A DNA stretch of 64,000 nucleotides, taken from assembly GCA_029564765.1 (NCBI GenBank), contig JAKQPK010000050.1, positions 18,977-82,976 of the forward strand. The letters run 5' to 3'. Below are positions 59,062 through 64,000 of this stretch, piece after piece. Source of the stretch: Candidatus Omnitrophota bacterium. GTDB taxonomy: Bacteria > Omnitrophota > Gorgyraeia > Zapsychrales > Aceulaceae. Under the pieces are notes generated by a model. That model was not told the origin of the DNA, did not search any database, and saw nothing but the letters and a program-made list of their open reading frames with translations. A program made the position numbers and the translations under genes. Each line of letters starts with the position of its first letter. The stretch's first letter is position 1.

Positions 59062-60489
59062 CTAGATGCCAACACGTATGCGATATGTAACGGTCACTTC
59101 GCCGTCCTTTGGAACTTTCGGATCAAAACGCACGGTAAGCGCATCCTTTTGCTCATACGCCTGATCATTCGAAACCATGGTCCAACTCCCTGGCACAGGC
59201 TCGATAAGACCGACAACAATATCCTCTTTCTTGTGATTGCGAACCTTGATCTCCCATGCGGTCTCATACATGCGGCTGGAGATCTGCTTAAAATCTGTTT
59301 GCCTGCGTTCAACGACAACATCAAAGGCCTCCCCAACCCTGAGCCGAACATCTTCGTTCTTGGGTGTGTGAGCGATTCGGTCTTCTCCAATAAACTGCAG
59401 AGCTCCTTGATCGTCCTGCTTATACAGCCGTATGATGCCAGCTGGCAACGGCATGCCAAGTTTATTTTCTTGCGCGTTCTTAAACGTTACATAAACATTC
59501 ACTTTTTGCTTAGGGTTCTGCTCACGATATTGCATCGTAAAATACCCTTGTTCTCCATAAACCAAAAATTCCTTAATGATGCCAAACGCATTAGCCTCCA
59601 GCAAGCTGATCTGTTTTGTCTGATTATCCTTGATCGTTGTCGGCCGCTGCAGATCATACAAGTGATATTCAAAAAATCCCTGTTCCTGGAACTGTGCGGC
59701 GCCTAAAGTATCAGCCATCATTCCCTTGCGCATTTCCAGTGCATTGCGCATGACCGGCGCTTGAACACGATTGATCTCTCCAGCGACTAATTTTAATTTC
59801 GCGCGGTCGTATATCGCGCCGCTTTTGTTATCAACAGTTACCCATCCGGACAGATCGGCCTTCGCATCTGCCTTGTCAAGAACCAGGACATAGTCTGCTT
59901 TCCAGGTAATATTATTCGTCAGATACGAGACTTGGATCTCTTGCGCGCCGTCCACCGTACTCGCGTACAGCCAGGCCAAGGTTGGCTTAGCGATCAAATT
60001 TTCCGGGATCCTTGGCAAGACCTGATACCCAGGATGCCCTAAATAAATTTCATCACCGATCTTGTAGATCTGGCCGTTATTATTGCTTAACAACACCGCA
60101 TCAACAACGTTTTTCCTATCTTGATACTGATTGACTTCCATAAGCTTGATCTTTTTTCCAACATATTTATCCAAAAGTTTCTGTTGGTTCATCAGGTCAT
60201 ACTCATAATTCTGCTCTAGAACCACAAACTTATCAGGAGAGGTTAAAGACTTCACATGCACCGTTACCGGCATGATATGCGCCGCCACATCCATGAATTG
60301 AAGCTCGTTTTCCTTGCCCTTCGTTATCCTGATCTTGCGCGTATCTTTAACAAGACCGAGATTCGCGTTATACACCGTCACTTCCATAGCGGTTTGATCA
60401 TCAATGGTCGACCTTGTGACCGACTGAGCCTCAGCAAGACCAAGCGCAGAGAAAACAACGACAAAAACTAATAAAATAATGTTTCGCAT
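59062..60489 (-). CDS. Secreted protein of unknown function (DUF4139/DUF4140-like)
   Basis: Signal peptide (MRNIILLVFVVVFSALGLAEAQS), SD AAGGAGA; 475 aa and beta-rich. The family assignment is from memory and is tentative. Confidence 0.55.
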   Translation of the reverse strand: MRNIILLVFVVVFSALGLAEAQSVTRSTIDDQTAMEVTVYNANLGLVKDTRKIRITKGKENELQFMDVAAHIMPVTVHVKSLTSPDKFVVLEQNYEYDLMNQQKLLDKYVGKKIKLMEVNQYQDRKNVVDAVLLSNNNGQIYKIGDEIYLGHPGYQVLPRIPENLIAKPTLAWLYASTVDGAQEIQVSYLTNNITWKADYVLVLDKADAKADLSGWVTVDNKSGAIYDRAKLKLVAGEINRVQAPVMRNALEMRKGMMADTLGAAQFQEQGFFEYHLYDLQRPTTIKDNQTKQISLLEANAFGIIKEFLVYGEQGYFTMQYREQNPKQKVNVYVTFKNAQENKLGMPLPAGIIRLYKQDDQGALQFIGEDRIAHTPKNEDVRLRVGEAFDVVVERRQTDFKQISSRMYETAWEIKVRNHKKEDIVVGLIEPVPGSWTMVSNDQAYEQKDALTVRFDPKVPKDGEVTVTYRIRVGI

Positions 60490-60501
60490 ACTCTCTCCTT
60501 G

Positions 60502-61575
60502 TTAAACGCTAAAACGAAAATAAACAACATCACCATCTTGGATCTCGTAATCCTTGCCCTCTAGAGAAACGAGATTCTTTTCCTTGAGCGCCTGATAACT
60601 GCCATATTTTTCAAGGTCAGCGAATCGGTAGACTTCTGCCCGAATAAAGCCTCGCTCAATATCCGTATGGATCTTTCCAGCGGCCTTGACAGCTTTTGTG
60701 CCTTGCGCAACAAGCCAGGCACGTGTCTCTGTCGGTCCTGCAGTAAAAAAACATACCAAACCCAAAAGTTCCTGTCCTGCCTTGGCAAGCGTAGCCAGGC
60801 CAGGAGAGGTTATGCCGGCAGATTCATAATATGTCGCTCTTTCTTCATCTGGCAGCTCCAGGATCTCCGCTTCGAGCTTGGTGCACAGAGTGACCACTTT
60901 TGCGTTTTCCTTCTTTGCCAGTTCTTTCAGCGGATCAAGTAGATCATCGCACACTTCTCCCTCGCCAGTATTGGCAACATACAGGATCGGTTTTGCGGTC
61001 AAAAACTCAAATTCGGCAATAAGCTTAGGGTCGATCTGTTGGCTGCGGACAGATCTTCCTTGATTAAATCCCTGGATCGCAATATCAAGCATTTCAACTT
61101 TTTCCTGAGCAAGCTTGTCACCTGACTTAGCCACTTTTAACAAGCGATCATATCCTTTTTGTGCTTGCTGAAGATCTGCGAGCAACAATTCAGTTTCAAT
61201 GATCTCTGCAGCATAAATGGGATTTAAATTGCCGGCAACGTTCACGATGTTTTCATCATGAAAACAGCGCACAACATGACAGATCGCGTCGACCGAACGG
61301 ATATTTGATAAAAATTTATTCCCAAGCCCTTCCCCTTGGCTGGCACCCTTGACAAGCCCCGCAATATCCACGAATCGGATCCCGGAAGGCGTGATCTTAG
61401 CGCTCTCCCATTCCTGCGCAAGACGATTGAGTCGAGGATCCGCTAAAGGGACAATGCCGACGTTGGGCTCGATCGTAGTAAACGGAAAATTCTCAACAGC
61501 AGCACCAGCGCCCGTAAGGGCGTTAAACAAGGTTGATTTGCCAACGTTCGGCAGACCGACGATACCTATCTCCAT
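60502..61575 (-). CDS. ychF: Ribosome-binding ATPase YchF (Obg-family GTPase/ATPase)
   Basis: G1 GLPNVGKSTLFNALT, G3-like DIAGLV and a C-terminal TGS domain. Start re-picked at ATG 61573-61575 (MEIGIVG...), 1 nt after the HD-GYP gene stop; the 92 upstream codons in the track ORF have no homology. Confidence 0.9.
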   Translation of the reverse strand: MEIGIVGLPNVGKSTLFNALTGAGAAVENFPFTTIEPNVGIVPLADPRLNRLAQEWESAKITPSGIRFVDIAGLVKGASQGEGLGNKFLSNIRSVDAICHVVRCFHDENIVNVAGNLNPIYAAEIIETELLLADLQQAQKGYDRLLKVAKSGDKLAQEKVEMLDIAIQGFNQGRSVRSQQIDPKLIAEFEFLTAKPILYVANTGEGEVCDDLLDPLKELAKKENAKVVTLCTKLEAEILELPDEERATYYESAGITSPGLATLAKAGQELLGLVCFFTAGPTETRAWLVAQGTKAVKAAGKIHTDIERGFIRAEVYRFADLEKYGSYQALKEKNLVSLEGKDYEIQDGDVVYFRFSV

Positions 61576-61576
61576 A

Positions 61577-63028
61577 TTATGATTCCTTCTTTCCCGCGCC
61601 TGCCAAGACCGATGCCAAGGCGTCGACGACATGTTGATCGATCTTTGGGCCCATTTCACGCAAGATCTGGAATGATTCAACCTGCGAAAGACCTTTGCGA
61701 TAGGGCCTGCTGGTCCGAAGGGCATCGTATATATCCGCCACGGCCAAAATGCGGACAAGAGGACTGATCTGGTCACCCTTAAGACGGTCAGGATAGCCGC
61801 TGCCATCCAACTTCTCATGATGGTGCCGAACGACATCGCGCAAATGTTCAAGGCTCTTGATCGGCTTGATGATCTCCTCGCCCAAAGCAGGATGCGCCTC
61901 CATCACGATGCGCTCTTCGATAGTGAACGGGCCTTGCTTCAGCAAAACATCATCGCTTACGCCGATCTTTCCAAGGTCATGCAAACGTCCCGCATCACGC
62001 AAAATAGATTTTTCCTCATCGCTGAGGTTTAAATACGTCGCGATCTTTACGGCATAATCCGAAACACGATCCAGGTGCCCTCGCGAATAAGGATCCTTGG
62101 CTTCGACCGCAACGGCTAAAGCGGAGATAATATCAAAATAGCTTCTTTCCGCATCCACATGCAATCGATCATTTTCGATCGCTACGGCTGTCTGCATCGC
62201 AACGCTATGTAATAATGCGACATCTTCATGATTAAAATCAGCCTGGATCTTTCGGCCAGAAACAACGAGAACGCCCAAAACCTTATCATGCAGCACCAGA
62301 GGAACGACCACAAGAGGAGATTCAAAATGTTGATCCGCGACAAGGGTTCTCGTTGACAAAATGAGAAATGCCTTCGATCGATCGAGAACATCCTCTAAAA
62401 AGCTTCCACGACAGCTAAAGAGAACCTGCTTGAAAGAGCCCGGAATAGAACCATAATACGCCCTCACATACAAATGCGCCTGATCCTCATCGATCATCAA
62501 CAGAGCCCCCGCCTTACCTCCAACGGCTTCCGTGATCGTTTCAATGATCAGATCGAGAAACTTATCGATGTTTTGAATGGAAGATATTCCTTGTCCTACC
62601 TTGGACAAAACCCCTTGCAGAGTATTTTTGGTCAGCTCAAGCTTTGTAATGTTGTCCCTGAGCTTGCCGATCGCTTCATTAAATGTTTGCGTCAGCGCCA
62701 TGACCTCATTGGCATCATCTGAGGTAAAGACCGCGCTCTCTGCTCCGATAATGGACTTCAATGCTTCTTGATTAGCTTTAGTCAATCGCAGGATCCGCAC
62801 AACAGCCAAACGCATCAAAAAGTAACCGACCCCTATACCGATCGCAACGTAAAAAATCGTGGCGTTCAAGTTATCCACGGTCAGCTGAATTTCGCCGGAT
62901 GAACGCAACTGAAGATATAGATAATATAGCAAAGATAAAGGAATGATCGAGATCAGGATGAAGATGATATTGAATTGAATGATCAATGACGATCTTTCGA
63001 ATGACGTCATCTTAGGCTTTGGTGCCAT
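61577..63028 (-). CDS. Membrane-anchored GAF domain / HD-GYP phosphohydrolase (putative c-di-GMP phosphodiesterase)
   Basis: N-terminal TM helices and coiled coil, a central GAF-like domain, and a C-terminal HD (HDLGKIG) with HHEKLDGSGYP, the HD-GYP signature. Confidence 0.85.
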   Translation of the reverse strand: MAPKPKMTSFERSSLIIQFNIIFILISIIPLSLLYYLYLQLRSSGEIQLTVDNLNATIFYVAIGIGVGYFLMRLAVVRILRLTKANQEALKSIIGAESAVFTSDDANEVMALTQTFNEAIGKLRDNITKLELTKNTLQGVLSKVGQGISSIQNIDKFLDLIIETITEAVGGKAGALLMIDEDQAHLYVRAYYGSIPGSFKQVLFSCRGSFLEDVLDRSKAFLILSTRTLVADQHFESPLVVVPLVLHDKVLGVLVVSGRKIQADFNHEDVALLHSVAMQTAVAIENDRLHVDAERSYFDIISALAVAVEAKDPYSRGHLDRVSDYAVKIATYLNLSDEEKSILRDAGRLHDLGKIGVSDDVLLKQGPFTIEERIVMEAHPALGEEIIKPIKSLEHLRDVVRHHHEKLDGSGYPDRLKGDQISPLVRILAVADIYDALRTSRPYRKGLSQVESFQILREMGPKIDQHVVDALASVLAGAGKKES

Positions 63029-63065
63029 AATGTCCTTTGGCGCTCAACATTCGCCGCTAAATTTC

Positions 63066-63665
63066 TTAAAAATGCTTTTGGATATATTCGCTCAACAAGC
63101 GCTCAGCTTCATCTTTGCACTGACCGCAAACGGTGCCTAGCTTTGTTCGCTCCTGAAGTTCGTAGTAGCTGCGCGCGCCCTCCAAAACCGCATGCTCGAT
63201 CTCTTGATCGGTCACATTCATACATTGGCAGACGATCTTCACCTCTTCCGTGCGCACGTTCTCCTGCATGCCATTTCGTTCGTAATAATTGTTGATCGCG
63301 GCGCGCAGTGCCTTATCCCCTAAGACAGAGCAATGGATCTTATGCTCCGGCAGGCTTCCTAGCTGCTGCATAATATCCTTAGGAGAAAGCTTGGCCGCTT
63401 GCGACAACGGCATTCCCTTGATCATTTCCGATAAAACAGACGTGCTTGCGATCGCCGAAGCGCAGCCATACGTACGCCATCGACAGTCAACGATCACTTG
63501 CTTATCCTTGTCCACTTGAATGTACATATTCATTTGGTCGCCGCATTTAATATTGCCGACAGATCCTTCGCCATCCGCCTTAAAATCTTCCCCATCCTTA
63601 AGAACATTGCGCGGCTTCATGAAATGATCTTTCACTTTTTCGGTATAGACCCAATTCTGTTCCAT
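63066..63665 (-). CDS. Fe-S cluster assembly scaffold, IscU/NifU N-terminal domain plus BFD-like [2Fe-2S]-binding C-terminal extension
   Basis: IscU motifs (NPRN, CGD, HC). The C-terminal CxC...C..C pattern (CQCMNV...CGQC) resembles the NifU central/BFD domain. Confidence 0.85.
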   Translation of the reverse strand: MEQNWVYTEKVKDHFMKPRNVLKDGEDFKADGEGSVGNIKCGDQMNMYIQVDKDKQVIVDCRWRTYGCASAIASTSVLSEMIKGMPLSQAAKLSPKDIMQQLGSLPEHKIHCSVLGDKALRAAINNYYERNGMQENVRTEEVKIVCQCMNVTDQEIEHAVLEGARSYYELQERTKLGTVCGQCKDEAERLLSEYIQKHF

Positions 63666-63680
63666 AGCTGTCCTCGACTC

Positions 63681-64000
63681 TTAATATACAGTTGACATCT
63701 TACGCACTTTATCAATAACGTTCGGCATTACGTCCAGCACATACTTGATCTCAGAGATGCGGGTCTCTCGCCCCATGCTTATGCGCACCGAACCATGCGC
63801 TAGTTCTGCGGATATTCCCGTTGCCAAAAGGACGTGTGAGGGGTCCAATGACCCTGACGCGCACGCGGATCCTGTAGAGACTGCGATACCTTCCATGTCA
63901 AGATAAAGCAAAACCGCCTCACCTTCAGCACCCCTGAAAGAAACATTCAGCGTTCCCGCAAGCGAATCCTCAGGGTGCCCATTAAAACGCACATCAGGAA
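63681..64000 (-). CDS. Cysteine desulfurase NifS/IscS, C-terminal part only (gene continues past window end)
   Basis: STGSACAS active-site Cys loop and C-terminal sequence typical of class I cysteine desulfurases. The open frame continues to the window edge. Confidence 0.8.
   Translation of the reverse strand, partial: PDVRFNGHPEDSLAGTLNVSFRGAEGEAVLLYLDMEGIAVSTGSACASGSLDPSHVLLATGISAELAHGSVRISMGRETRISEIKYVLDVMPNVIDKVRKMSTVY

Noticed and set aside
61576-61851. 92-codon N-terminal extension of ychF in the track (MNICAMSFGT...)
   Set aside because: It overlaps the 3' end of the HD-GYP gene in another frame and shows no similarity to YchF. The conserved G1 motif begins right after the internal ATG at 61575, which is 1 nt after the upstream stop.

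Overview
This 64 kb window looks like a bacterial chromosome segment of about 50% GC that is almost entirely housekeeping and cell-envelope genes; it has no CRISPR array, IS element or rRNA. Nearly every gene from 652 to 44169 runs on the minus strand.

Reading in transcription order (high to low coordinate), the main blocks are:
- A complete dcw cluster (mraZ-rsmH-ftsL-ftsI-murE-murF-mraY-murD-ftsW-murG-[HExxH metallopeptidase]-murC-ddl-ftsQ-ftsA). It has a near-consensus promoter and three 10-bp-phased GTGG(G) boxes just upstream of mraZ. It ends in ftsA without ftsZ.
- An aminosugar operon with a 1-nt stop/start overlap (TAATG) to ftsA: extended SDR epimerase/dehydratase, DegT-type aminotransferase, ArnC-like GT2, B12-binding radical SAM, and a polytopic membrane protein. 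An ArnT-like GT39/83 transferase and an ArnD-like NodB deacetylase lie 50 kb away next to gpmI. Together these resemble a split Arn-type pathway for a lipid-linked aminosugar.
- A long co-directional string: tRNA-Pro(CGG), acyP, metallophosphoesterase, ligA, lipoprotein, xerD-like, cca, rbfA, nrnA, truB, ribF.
- A fatty-acid and riboflavin block: fabZ-fabG-fabF, then ribE-ribD-PHP-nusB-ribH-ribBA, with no FMN riboswitch.
- A 4.85 kb gene for a 1616-aa signal-peptide protein. Its centre is about 35% GC and its ends about 50%. It carries a C-terminal caspase-like His/Cys signature and has two 33-bp direct repeats upstream in the divergent promoter region.
- The plus-strand pair cinA-Cterm/pncC and thpR, followed by a 220-bp AT-rich (~20% GC) convergent spacer.
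- pgpA, pgsA, rimO, a RodZ-like HTH protein, ftsK, pnp, and rpsO with a perfect sigma70 promoter.
- A PAS-GGDEF gene, and further on ychF and a GAF-HD-GYP gene separated by 1 nt.
- A DUF4139-like secreted protein, an IscU/NifU gene and the 3' end of a cysteine desulfurase.

The ORF track uses GTG/TTG as well as ATG starts, so several starts were re-picked by RBS and overlap logic.
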